Assembly: GCA_043771335.1 (NCBI GenBank) | Contig: JAYVHM010000003.1 | Coordinates: forward strand, 29,268-93,267 | Source of the DNA: a bacterium | Lineage (GTDB): Bacteria > Patescibacteriota > Minisyncoccia > Phycocordibacterales > UBA5272 | Length of the DNA stretch: 64,000 bases | Reading direction: 5' to 3' | In this document: positions 8,607-18,094 of the stretch, piece by piece | Position numbering within the stretch: position 1 is the first letter of the stretch | How the letters are laid out: each line of letters begins with the position of its first letter | Program-made: the position numbers and the translations under genes | Notes under the pieces: model-generated | What the model was told of the DNA's origin: nothing | Seen by the model: the letters and a program-made list of their open reading frames with translations, nothing else | The model's database searches: none

Positions 8607-9791
8607 TTATGGCAAGTATTTTTTGATTTTAGAGAAAATAGTTTTGTATATTTTATTTACATATTCAAAATATATACTAGACTCATAGCTTTTGTCATAG
8701 AGCATGGCTATGCCGTAGCTTCTAATATTTTCAGGTGTTAAAAAGTTTCTAAGATTCGGACTCGTAAGATCTTCTATTTTTCTGGTTGATAGACTCGTAG
8801 GTATTTTTAAATCATAACGCATGTATTGGTCTATTTTTGACAGTCCGCTAGTGCCGCCACTAATCACGAGACCACCAGGTAACAGTTCGGACCTCTTAAC
8901 CCTCTTAAGTTCTTCATTTATTTTATTATTCAAATAATTTATTCTGGCTTCTATTATTTCTTCTACTCTTCTTTTACCAGACTCACTTTTTGAAACTCCC
9001 TTTTTTATCTCTTCTGCTTCAACGTAACTCATACGAAGACCGAGAGATAAGTCGCTGGTAATATTTTCTCCTCCCCCAGAAATAATAGAGCAGAGCATAG
9101 GGTAGTTATTCTCATAGACAACTAATGAAGTATTGGAGAGTCCCACATTAATACTGCATGTGCCTAGCCTCATATCTTTTTTATTTAAAGCGACAAGACT
9201 TTCTGCAAATGGCCCAGAAACCACCTGGTCCAAGCTAATGCCAAGCCTGTCAAAAACATCATATATTATTTTTTGATTTTTCCTATCTTCATATATGAAT
9301 AAAACTTTTAATTCTATTTTATAGCCTTTCAATCCAGACATTTCTCCATATATGATATTATCATCTACTATTTTTTTTATGATAAGAGTGTGTATTATCT
9401 CACAATTTTTATTTATATCTATTTTTTGTTTTGCCTTTTTTATACACTCATCTATGTCATTCTCAAGTATAAGGCCATCACTCCTACCTGTTATGATATT
9501 ACCCGAGGCAGATACAGAGTTTTGCATTCTAGTACTAATACCTGTGACGATTTTTTTTGGGACAAAGCCCAGTGAGCTATTTACCTTTAAAAGTAACTCC
9601 ATAAGATCCTCTTCAAAAATAGCTGCCTCGGTCACATAGCCATTTTGTACGCCACTACTAGTTACTTCAAAAGTTCCTAAAATATTTTTACCAGAAGTGA
9701 TACAAGCTCTCAAATGAGCTGACCCTATATCAATACCTAAAACAGCATTTTCGTTTTTATTTGTTTTTCCAGTATTTGGATGTGAGTTCAT
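8607..9791 (-). CDS. ftsA: Cell division protein FtsA
   Basis: Actin-like ATPase: VLGIDIGSAHLRAC N-terminus and ISGGGENITSDL phosphate-2-like region. Lies immediately upstream of ftsZ. Confidence 0.8.
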   Translation of the reverse strand: MNSHPNTGKTNKNENAVLGIDIGSAHLRACITSGKNILGTFEVTSSGVQNGYVTEAAIFEEDLMELLLKVNSSLGFVPKKIVTGISTRMQNSVSASGNIITGRSDGLILENDIDECIKKAKQKIDINKNCEIIHTLIIKKIVDDNIIYGEMSGLKGYKIELKVLFIYEDRKNQKIIYDVFDRLGISLDQVVSGPFAESLVALNKKDMRLGTCSINVGLSNTSLVVYENNYPMLCSIISGGGENITSDLSLGLRMSYVEAEEIKKGVSKSESGKRRVEEIIEARINYLNNKINEELKRVKRSELLPGGLVISGGTSGLSKIDQYMRYDLKIPTSLSTRKIEDLTSPNLRNFLTPENIRSYGIAMLYDKSYESSIYFEYVNKIYKTIFSKIKKYLP

Positions 9792-10167
9792 TTTCTAATT
9801 GTATCATATAATCCAAATCTTTTTTAGTGTCATGTTTAAAACCTTTTAAATGAAGGCATCCGTGAACTATCAAAAGGGTTAAATATTTATTATAAGACAT
9901 AGAAAACTCAGTGTGTTGAGTGCGGGCAATGCCGCGTGAGATGTATATCTCTCCCTCGTTTTTAGATATTGGAAAAGTTAGAATATTTGGTATATAATCC
10001 TTTGATCTGTATTTTTTGTTTAGTTCCAGATTTTTTTCTTTACTGGTGTATATAATAGTTAATTCAAAATCTTTACCCATTAATTCATTTTTAATTTTCA
10101 AAAAAGGCAAATCTGGTAATTTGCCTTTTTCTGCTATTATACTAAGATTTTTTAATTCTAGTCTCAT
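9757..10167 (-). CDS. ybeY: rRNA maturation endoribonuclease YbeY
   Basis: HGCLHLKGFKHD is the H-G-x-L-H-L-x-G-x-x-H metal site. Start taken at the in-frame ATG (MRLELKN); the track extension begins at TTG. Confidence 0.75.
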   Translation of the reverse strand: MRLELKNLSIIAEKGKLPDLPFLKIKNELMGKDFELTIIYTSKEKNLELNKKYRSKDYIPNILTFPISKNEGEIYISRGIARTQHTEFSMSYNKYLTLLIVHGCLHLKGFKHDTKKDLDYMIQLENELTSKYWKNK

Positions 10168-10180
10168 TATGTTTTGGATA

Positions 10181-10441
10181 TTATTTTTTAAATCCCTTTT
10201 TTCTCTCAACTAATGCACCTAATCTTTTTAGTCTGTTGTATTCTATGCCACCCTTTAACTTTTTAAGTTTACCGTTTTTAACCTTTAGGTCAGATAGAGG
10301 GCGCACAGCATACTTGATAGCACGAACACGAGGCATTATACCTGATTCTTGAGTTTTCTTTTGAAATCTGCGGAGCAGTGATAATCCTGGCTCTGTATTG
10401 TTTTTTGTTACCTTTACATTTATTGTATTTTTCATTTGCAT
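10181..10441 (-). CDS. rpsU: 30S ribosomal protein S21 (probable)
   Basis: V.V..N...LRRFQKK....G.....R.I.YAVRP pattern resembles S21 (ALRRFKR...EFYEKP). Basic, 86 aa. Confidence 0.55.
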   Translation of the reverse strand: MQMKNTINVKVTKNNTEPGLSLLRRFQKKTQESGIMPRVRAIKYAVRPLSDLKVKNGKLKKLKGGIEYNRLKRLGALVERKKGFKK

Positions 10442-10585
10442 ATAATAACATATATTTTTCCCTTTTGCAAAGGAATGGGAAATTTACTACCACTTGAAAA
10501 AAACTCAAAAATGTAGTATAGTGTGTATATAAAAGTTCTGACTTAAGATTATAAATAAAATACCAGCTAGAACAAAAATAAATAT

Positions 10586-11209
10586 ATGACATTCAATTTA
10601 AATATTACAAATAGAAACAAAGGAGATAAGATAGCAGCCGGAACAATGCCAGCTGTAATGTATGGTGCTCACGCCAATACTACATCCATATTAGTAAATA
10701 AGATAGATTTTAAGAAGATTCTAAGTAAAGCGGGTGAGACAGCTATTGTTAGCTTAACAGGTGACAGCACTGAGAATGTTTTGATACACGACGTGCAAAT
10801 GGATCCAGTTTCTTGTGAACCTATACACGCTGATTTATACGTAGTAGAAAAAGGGCAAAAAGTTCATGTTAACTTACCTCTACGTTTTGTTGGTGATGCA
10901 CCAGCAATAAAGTTAAATGCTAACGTTATAAAAGCAATGCACGAATTATCATTAGAAGCAGACCCATCTAAGTTGCCTCATGATATAGAAGTAGACCTGA
11001 CAAAATTAGTAGACACTCACTCTGTTATTACTGTTGCTGATTTAAAATTACCAGCAGGTGCAGTTCTGTTCCATGTTACAGAGTCTGATGTAGTTGCGAG
11101 TGTTGTAGCTCAATCAGAAGAAGATCTAGATGCTGCAGTAGAGCAGGTAGATATGGAGGCTGTTGCTCGTGATGAGAAAGTTAAAGCTGAAGAAGTTGCT
11201 GCTGAGTAA
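10586..11209 (+). CDS. rplY: 50S ribosomal protein L25 / general stress protein Ctc
   Basis: 207 aa, L25 N-domain (KGDKIAAGTMPAVMYG...) plus the acidic C-terminal Ctc-type extension. Confidence 0.8.
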   Translation: MTFNLNITNRNKGDKIAAGTMPAVMYGAHANTTSILVNKIDFKKILSKAGETAIVSLTGDSTENVLIHDVQMDPVSCEPIHADLYVVEKGQKVHVNLPLRFVGDAPAIKLNANVIKAMHELSLEADPSKLPHDIEVDLTKLVDTHSVITVADLKLPAGAVLFHVTESDVVASVVAQSEEDLDAAVEQVDMEAVARDEKVKAEEVAAE

Positions 11210-11286
11210 TCTGTTTTAACACAGTAAATAAAAACTCTGAATAAGAAAAGTCACATATTGTGACTTTTTCTGTTATAATACATAAG

Positions 11287-12606
11287 ATGAAAGTTTTTAT
11301 TAAAAGTTTTTTTATTTTGACACTGATAGTATCTGGAGCCTTTTTTTCTTATGCACAAGCTATAGACAAGGCTCAGCTAGAAAGTGAATTGAAACAATTA
11401 GAATCTGAAATGGAAATGCATAAAAAAAGTATACAAGACAAGCAAAAAGAAGCAAAAACCTATCAGAGAGATATTAGTATATTAGACACAAAAATAAAAA
11501 AAACAGAAACTGAAATAAAGTTACGTAGTAAAAACATACAAAATATTTCTTATAACATACAAGATAAGAGTAAAAAAATAGAAACCCTTAGTGAAAAGAT
11601 AACAAGAGAGAGGGGAGTGATGTTGGGTGTTTTAAAAAGCATAGACAGTCAATCAAAAGCCAATCTCATACTGTCTATCTTGTCGGACAGATCCATCTCT
11701 TCTTCTGTAGATAATTTGTACAATATTAATAATTTAAAAGCTTCTCTAGTATCTTCGGTTGAAGCTATTAGAAAAAATAAAAATGTTTTAGAAGATGTAA
11801 AATTAGAATTAGAAGATACAAAAGAAGAGGAAGAGAGTTTAAAATCAAGGCAAGTAGTACAGAAAATAGAAATAGAAGATACGAAAACAGAAAAGAAAAC
11901 AATTTTAAAAGAAACTAAAGGTCAGGAAAAAGCTTATCAAGAATTACTTAAAAATACAGAAAAAAGAGCAAAAGACATAAGGGCAGTTTTGTTTTCTTTT
12001 AAAGATGGAACACAAGTTAATTTTGGTAATTTATATGATTATGCAAAACAAGCTGGATCAGCCACTGGCGTGCGTCCAGAGTTTATATTGGCAATATTAG
12101 AGCAAGAGTCTGCTTTTGGTAGTAATGTAGGTCAGTGTTATGTTTCTGATGTTTCCGGAGCACTTGTTAGTATAACTTCCGGAAAAGCAAAAGGTTCTAT
12201 GAAGCCAGATAGTTTACAACCATTCCTAGACATAACCTCTTCTCTTGGTCGTGATCAATTTAAGACACGCGTGTCTTGCTCTCTATCTTATGGTTATGGA
12301 GGGGCGATGGGTATGAGTCAGTTTATGCCAGCTACTTGGGTCGGTTACAAAAATAGAATACAGTCAGCGACAGGAGCCTCTGTAGCTGATCCGTGGAATG
12401 CTTTCCACTCTATAACAGGAACAGCCTATCTATTAAAAGACAATAAAGCGGGTAGTCAAAATTATACAGATGAGAGAAATGCGGCCTGCAAATATTACTC
12501 TGGGAGCAGCTGTATCAAGTCTTCAAATGCTGCTAATTATGGTAATCAGGTGATGGCCAGAATAAGTGGCATACAAGCAAAAATAGAGGTCTTGAAAAAT
12601 AATTAA
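11287..12606 (+). CDS. Secreted coiled-coil protein with C-terminal lytic transglycosylase (SLT) domain
   Basis: Signal peptide, about 230 aa coiled coil, then EQESAFGSNVGQCY...GGAMGMSQFMPATW (SLT catalytic Glu and GLMQ-like motif). Leaderless start 7 nt after TGTTATAAT (11271-11279). Confidence 0.6.
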   Translation: MKVFIKSFFILTLIVSGAFFSYAQAIDKAQLESELKQLESEMEMHKKSIQDKQKEAKTYQRDISILDTKIKKTETEIKLRSKNIQNISYNIQDKSKKIETLSEKITRERGVMLGVLKSIDSQSKANLILSILSDRSISSSVDNLYNINNLKASLVSSVEAIRKNKNVLEDVKLELEDTKEEEESLKSRQVVQKIEIEDTKTEKKTILKETKGQEKAYQELLKNTEKRAKDIRAVLFSFKDGTQVNFGNLYDYAKQAGSATGVRPEFILAILEQESAFGSNVGQCYVSDVSGALVSITSGKAKGSMKPDSLQPFLDITSSLGRDQFKTRVSCSLSYGYGGAMGMSQFMPATWVGYKNRIQSATGASVADPWNAFHSITGTAYLLKDNKAGSQNYTDERNAACKYYSGSSCIKSSNAANYGNQVMARISGIQAKIEVLKNN

Positions 12607-12640
12607 AAGTGTAGTATAATACAAGAAATAAAACAATATT

Positions 12641-12850
12641 ATGAAAGCAGACATACACCCAAAATACAACACATCATCAGCAACAACCTGTATTTGTGGA
12701 GCTACATTTTCTTTTGGATCTATTAACAAAGAGACAAAAATTGAAATCTGTTCACAATGCCACCCTTTTTATACAGGACAAGAGAAATCTTTGGATACTA
12801 CAGGACGTGTAGATAGATTCAAGAAGAGAATGGAAAAAGCTACAAAATAG
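12641..12850 (+). CDS. rpmE: 50S ribosomal protein L31
   Basis: MKADIHPKY...CICGA...CSQCHPFYTG...GRVDRFKKR matches L31 with four Zn-binding Cys. Confidence 0.85.
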   Translation: MKADIHPKYNTSSATTCICGATFSFGSINKETKIEICSQCHPFYTGQEKSLDTTGRVDRFKKRMEKATK

Positions 12851-12861
12851 TAAAGTCAAAA

Positions 12862-12900
12862 AATAAAACACGCGACCTTCGGTCGCGTGTTTTATTTTTT
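12862..12900. terminator. Bidirectional GC hairpin terminator
   Basis: aaaacacgcgaccttcggtcgcgtgtttt plus T-run. Confidence 0.7.
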
Positions 12901-12904
12901 AATT

Positions 12905-13345
12905 CTAAATTTTTATTTTATATTTTATATTTTTCTCACCCCAAAGCTCCACTTCTTCTTTATTTTTTAGCTCCATAAAGTAAATACAGTCACTTTTTAT
13001 GTTTTTATTTTGCTCGGCAGAGTTAATTATTTTTAATTTCCAGGTGTCTTTTTCATATATACCAATATTACCCAAAGTCTCAACACAAATTATATCTCCA
13101 TTTTCTAATTCTTTTACGTCTTCTATGTTGGCCAAGTATCCATCACTATCTAACATTTTTTCTAATTTTAATTCTGCAAATCTAATCTCGTTGGGTTCAT
13201 TTTTATTTTTACTATCACTTTTTATTTCTATTATTTTTATCATCCCATCTTCACCTGCAAGTAGAATGTTTCCATCACCCAAAACAATCTGACAGTTTAT
13301 CTGTGCATTATATCCTTTTTCATCAATGAGCGAGAGAGTAGGCAT
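12905..13345 (-). CDS. Hypothetical protein
   Basis: 146 aa ORF with no recognised motif. Overlaps the comF end by 23 nt. Confidence 0.35.
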   Translation of the reverse strand: MPTLSLIDEKGYNAQINCQIVLGDGNILLAGEDGMIKIIEIKSDSKNKNEPNEIRFAELKLEKMLDSDGYLANIEDVKELENGDIICVETLGNIGIYEKDTWKLKIINSAEQNKNIKSDCIYFMELKNKEEVELWGEKNIKYKIKI

Positions 13346-14039
13346 AAATATTTTTTTCTATTATACCATATTCCACTAATGCTCTGCGAGCCTCGTAAAA
13401 TGTGGCACCGGTAGTAGTAATATCGTCTATTAAAATAAAAATAGAATTTCTATTTATTTTAAAATCATCCCTCACAGACATTGTGCATCTCATTTCTTCT
13501 AGTCTATTTTCTATACCAAAAATATCTTTTAATTTACTCGTCTCTTTCCTACTTAAAATAGTTACTATTTTTATTTTTGTATTCATTTTATTTTTGCTTC
13601 TTTTTAAAATGCCATCAGCTATGTATTTGGTTTGATTATACCCTCTTTGTTTTAGCCTCTCTTTTGATATTGGTATCGGCACTAAAAATATGTCTTGTGT
13701 TTTATCTTCTATTTTTATTTTACTTATTATATTATTAAAGATAATCTCAAAAGAGTGTTCTCCTAGAGTGACACCTAGTTCTGGATGATGATTGTATTTT
13801 ATGGCATATTCTATTTTCTTTAGCTTCTTATTTTTATATTTATATTTAGAATATATCCAAGCATTTATTTTATCTTTAGATAATTCTAATTTGTTTTCAC
13901 ATTCACCACAGAGATAAACCCCATCCTTTTTGCATAAAATACACATTACAGGAAAAACTAAATTAGAAATAAAGTTAAAAAACTTATAAAAATTACTATA
14001 TAAAATATTTTTCATGTTTCTTTTTGTGTATAGATACAT
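13323..14039 (-). CDS. comF: ComF-family protein (double zinc ribbon + phosphoribosyltransferase domain)
   Basis: CILCKKDGVYLCGECE zinc ribbon and FILIDDITTTGATF PRTase motif. Confidence 0.7.
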   Translation of the reverse strand: MYLYTKRNMKNILYSNFYKFFNFISNLVFPVMCILCKKDGVYLCGECENKLELSKDKINAWIYSKYKYKNKKLKKIEYAIKYNHHPELGVTLGEHSFEIIFNNIISKIKIEDKTQDIFLVPIPISKERLKQRGYNQTKYIADGILKRSKNKMNTKIKIVTILSRKETSKLKDIFGIENRLEEMRCTMSVRDDFKINRNSIFILIDDITTTGATFYEARRALVEYGIIEKNIYAYSLAH

Positions 14040-14084
14040 TTTAACACATATAAAAAGTATGCTTTAAACATAGATCACAAAATA

Positions 14085-14117
14085 AAAAAGCCAGGGTTTT
14101 CCTGGCTTTGTTTTTTA
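14085..14117. terminator. Bidirectional terminator
   Basis: aaagccagggttttcctggcttt hairpin plus T-run. Confidence 0.6.
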
Positions 14118-14134
14118 CTCCTTACTCACAGACA

Positions 14135-14623
14135 TTAGCGAGTATTTTCGTTAAAAGTTTTGTCGAGAAAAGTTTTTAAATCCTTCTCATGATTATTCTC
14201 ATCTATATCAAATGCGAGTGGTGTCTCAGAAAGTAGCAACATAATTTCTTTTGTGAGATGAGTACTTTTTTCCTTACCTTCTTCCTTTAGGCACTTGATA
14301 ACAAATTCAGCAGTAACGCCCTTTCGGAATGTTAGATGAAAATGATGGAGGCCCTGCATCTTATGTTTTGCTATTTCTTCTGGAGCTGCAAAGCTCTCAG
14401 ACTTTCTTTCTGTGCGGAGCAGGGTAATTGAAAACAGTATTGATCCATCTTTTGCTAGGATGTCATACTTCATTTTTACTGACTCATCAGTGAGAAGTGT
14501 TCTACTTCTTTTAAAAAAAGAATTAGATAAGTCTAACTTTTTATAAAAAATAGAAAAGACACCTTCATTAGTTAAGAAAGTAACTTGACCTATTGGTGCT
14601 GCTATCAGAAAAGTTTCACTCAT
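14135..14623 (-). CDS. Hypothetical protein
   Basis: 162 aa, no recognised motif. Confidence 0.35.
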   Translation of the reverse strand: MSETFLIAAPIGQVTFLTNEGVFSIFYKKLDLSNSFFKRSRTLLTDESVKMKYDILAKDGSILFSITLLRTERKSESFAAPEEIAKHKMQGLHHFHLTFRKGVTAEFVIKCLKEEGKEKSTHLTKEIMLLLSETPLAFDIDENNHEKDLKTFLDKTFNENTR

Positions 14624-14790
14624 GTTTTTACCTCATTTTAATAAAAAGAACGATTTATAGACTTTATTTACTTATAAATTAAGAGTCTTAATAATACTAC
14701 TTTTATTAGAATAAGTCAAGGACTGTTTCTTTTCTATAAATAAAAAAAGCCAAGAGTTTATTCTTGGCTTTTGAGCGCTATTATTGATAT

Positions 14791-15321
14791 TTATCGCCCC
14801 TCTTCAAAACGTGTATTTTTGAAATATGAAGGCAGTCCCTCTAAAGATATTTCTTTTTTATTAGAGTCTACACAATAAAGAGTTATATTTCCCCAAGCAA
14901 GTTTTAATTCGTTTTGAATTTGTTGAGTATCCTTACTGCGTATTGTTTTTCTATAAGCTTGATCACTTATTTTGGTCAATGTCACAATAATATTCTCATC
15001 AGTCCTTTTTACATTTTCCCAGAACTCGCACACTTTATCTTTTCTTGTTTTCCCATCTTTGTCATATTTGCTTTCAAAAATTGAAAGAGAGTAGGTGTTT
15101 TGATACATCATTCTCGCCATTTCAAAAGTTAGAAAGAGTGCGAATAAAAGTGTGAAAATAATAAAACAAACTAATAAAGCTTTGTAATCTGATTTCAAGG
15201 AAAAGTACCATGACAAATGTGCAAAGAGTGCAGTCATGAGAATAATAAGATTATAAACATGATTTCTTTTTGGCTTAAAGCCAAGTTGATGATTGGTTAA
15301 TCTAACAGTTTTAACTTCCAC
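14791..15321 (-). CDS. Hypothetical membrane protein
   Basis: 176 aa, two TM helices near the N-terminus. Confidence 0.4.
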   Translation of the reverse strand: MEVKTVRLTNHQLGFKPKRNHVYNLIILMTALFAHLSWYFSLKSDYKALLVCFIIFTLLFALFLTFEMARMMYQNTYSLSIFESKYDKDGKTRKDKVCEFWENVKRTDENIIVTLTKISDQAYRKTIRSKDTQQIQNELKLAWGNITLYCVDSNKKEISLEGLPSYFKNTRFEEGR

Positions 15322-15479
15322 GGTAACTCCTTAATTTAAAATGAGCGTATAAGTAAAAAGACTTTACGTCTATTTAGATGAGAAGCTAATATTACTATAT
15401 TATTAAAAATAAAGCAAATACAACAAATCATGCTTTACTGTCAAGATAAAAAGTTGAAAAATTATGCTATAATATACAA

Positions 15480-17993
15480 ATGTCAATTATAGAAAAGTTA
15501 CAAAATAATTTAGAAAAAGTATTTGGATCAGAAGATTCAAAGTTTATAAAAAAGTTAGAACCAACAGTTAAAAAAGTTTTTGACTTAGAAGATGAATTAA
15601 AAACTCTAACCGATGCAGAATTAAAAGAAAAATCTCTAAAATTAAGAGATGAAGTTAGAGCTGCTGGAAACATAGAAGGGTCAAACAAAATAAATGTAGA
15701 TGCAAGAGAGAAGAAATTAGAAGAGAATATTTCTCTAGCTTTTGCTCTTTGTCGTGAGGCATCTCGCCGCACATTACATATGATGCATTATAAAGTGCAA
15801 GTAATAGGAGGCATGCTAATACATAAGGGTCACATCGCCGAGATGAGAACTGGTGAAGGTAAGACATTGGTAGCAACTCTTCCAGCATATGCTAATGCAC
15901 TTGTTGGCTGTGGAGTGCACGTAGTAACAGTGAATGATTATCTTTCTCGTCGTGATGCTGTGTGGATGGGTCAGGTTTATAACATGCTCGGTATAACTGT
16001 GTCAGTTATCAATCATGAAAAATCTTTTCTATATAATGAGGTCATGAATGCAGAAGAAGACAGAGTTCGTGATGAAAAAGGTGAATACAAAATAGAATAT
16101 GATTACTTAAAAGCTTGTACTCGCATCGAGGCTTATACTGCCGACATAACGTACGGTACTAATAATGAATTTGGTTTTGATTATCTACGTGATAATTTGA
16201 TTTATTCAGAGACAGAGCTCAATCAGCGCAGGCATCACTTTGCTATTGTTGATGAGGTTGACTCTATTTTAATTGATGAGTCACGCACGCCACTTATTAT
16301 TTCTAATTCTAGTCGTGAGAGTGAACAGCTATATACAACTTTTGCAAAGCTTGCAGAAAAGATGACATTAGATGTTGATTATAAAGTTGATGAAAAGCAA
16401 CGTGCCGTGCAGATTACTGAAGATGGTATAACAAAAGCTGAGAGATCTCTCGGAGTATCTTCTCTTTACACTGCAGAGAATGTAAAGTTAATACATCATC
16501 TGGAGACTGCAGTGCGTGCAAAAGCCCTATTCACAATTGAAAAAGAATATGTGGTTAAGGATGGTGAAGTAATAATCGTAGATGAGTTCACTGGTCGCAT
16601 GCAGCCAGGACGCAGATGGTCAGATGGATTGCATCAAGCAGTAGAAGCAAAAGAAGGAGTAGAAGTAAATAAAGAATCAAGAACTGTAGCTAGTATTACT
16701 TTTCAGAATTATTTTAGATTCTACAAAAAATTAGCAGGTATGACTGGTACCGCAAAGACAAGCGCAGAAGAGTTATACAAAGTGTATGGACTCATAGTCA
16801 CTACTGTGCCAACACATAATGACATTAAGCGTCTTGACCATACTGACAATATTTTCCAGACAGAAAAAGGAAAGTTTAAAGCTCTTGCCAGAAAAGTAAA
16901 AGAGTTAAATGAAAAAGGTCAGCCAGTCTTAATCGGAACTATCTCTATTGAGAAGAATGAAAAGATTTCAGAATATTTGACTCGCGAGGGAGTAAGTCAT
17001 AAAGTTCTAAATGCTAAAAATCACGAAAGCGAAGGAGAGATAATCGCTGATGCGGGAAAGAAAAGTGCTGTTACTATCGCTACAAACATGGCGGGGCGTG
17101 GAGTTGACATTAAGCTTGGAGGAGTAAATGCTACTGATTCTGAACATGAAGCAGTTGAGAATCTTGGAGGATTATTTGTGATAGGAACAGAGCGTCATGA
17201 GGCGAGACGTATAGACAATCAGCTGCGTGGCCGTTCTGGTCGTCAAGGCGATAAAGGTGAGACACAATTCATGGTGTCGCTCGAAGATGATCTCATGCGT
17301 GTTTTTGCTAATGATAGCATTAAGACTATGATGGGTAAATTCGGCATTCCAGAAGACGAGCCAATACAATCTAAAATAGTATCTCGTGCCTTAGAATCAG
17401 CTCAAGAGAAAATAGAAGGTTTTCACTTTGATTCACGTAAGCATACATTACAATACGACGATGTTTTAAATCAGCAACGCACAAGTGTTTATGATAAGAG
17501 AAAAAAGATTTTATTAAATGATCAAGATTATTTTGCTGGTTTTTTAAAAGAGATAAGTAACAAATCAGAAGAGAATAAAAATCTAGTAAAAGATAAACAA
17601 GAAAAATACGGTGATGATTTTAAAAAAATGACACGTGCAGTGTTGTTGCAAATATACGATGTAGTTTGGATGGATCATCTAGAACATATGGAGAATCTTC
17701 GTGAGGCGGTCAGACTACGCTCTTATGGACAACGAGACCCTCTTGTGGAGTATAAGCGTGAAGGATTGATGATGTATAAGAACCTAGACAATAGGGTAAC
17801 TAATGACTTTGTAAACTTTATGATACATATGGATAGCGTAATCATGCAAATGAATGTAAAAGAAACCCAAGAGAATAAAAAAGAATTAGTTACTAGCGGC
17901 GTGGCTATCGGACGTAATGATCCTTGTCCATGTGGTAGTGGAAAAAAAGTTAAGAAGTGTGACTGTAAGGAATACGCATACCTTAGAAATTAG
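15480..17993 (+). CDS. secA: Preprotein translocase ATPase SecA
   Basis: 837 aa. MRTGEGKTLVATL Walker A, DEVDSILIDE, C-terminal zinc finger CPCGSGKKVKKC. Leaderless start 6 nt after TGCTATAAT. Confidence 0.95.
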   Translation: MSIIEKLQNNLEKVFGSEDSKFIKKLEPTVKKVFDLEDELKTLTDAELKEKSLKLRDEVRAAGNIEGSNKINVDAREKKLEENISLAFALCREASRRTLHMMHYKVQVIGGMLIHKGHIAEMRTGEGKTLVATLPAYANALVGCGVHVVTVNDYLSRRDAVWMGQVYNMLGITVSVINHEKSFLYNEVMNAEEDRVRDEKGEYKIEYDYLKACTRIEAYTADITYGTNNEFGFDYLRDNLIYSETELNQRRHHFAIVDEVDSILIDESRTPLIISNSSRESEQLYTTFAKLAEKMTLDVDYKVDEKQRAVQITEDGITKAERSLGVSSLYTAENVKLIHHLETAVRAKALFTIEKEYVVKDGEVIIVDEFTGRMQPGRRWSDGLHQAVEAKEGVEVNKESRTVASITFQNYFRFYKKLAGMTGTAKTSAEELYKVYGLIVTTVPTHNDIKRLDHTDNIFQTEKGKFKALARKVKELNEKGQPVLIGTISIEKNEKISEYLTREGVSHKVLNAKNHESEGEIIADAGKKSAVTIATNMAGRGVDIKLGGVNATDSEHEAVENLGGLFVIGTERHEARRIDNQLRGRSGRQGDKGETQFMVSLEDDLMRVFANDSIKTMMGKFGIPEDEPIQSKIVSRALESAQEKIEGFHFDSRKHTLQYDDVLNQQRTSVYDKRKKILLNDQDYFAGFLKEISNKSEENKNLVKDKQEKYGDDFKKMTRAVLLQIYDVVWMDHLEHMENLREAVRLRSYGQRDPLVEYKREGLMMYKNLDNRVTNDFVNFMIHMDSVIMQMNVKETQENKKELVTSGVAIGRNDPCPCGSGKKVKKCDCKEYAYLRN

Positions 17994-18011
17994 AGTAAAA
18001 GATATCAATAA

Positions 18012-18049
18012 ATAAAAATAAGCGGTGCCTTTAGCACCGCTTATTTTTA
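18012..18049 (+). terminator. Terminator after secA
   Basis: aagcggtgcctttagcaccgctt hairpin plus T-run, flowing into the next TGCTATAAT. Confidence 0.7.
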
Positions 18050-18094
18050 TGCTATAATATATACAAGAAAGTAGAATAAAGAAAGAAACAAAAC

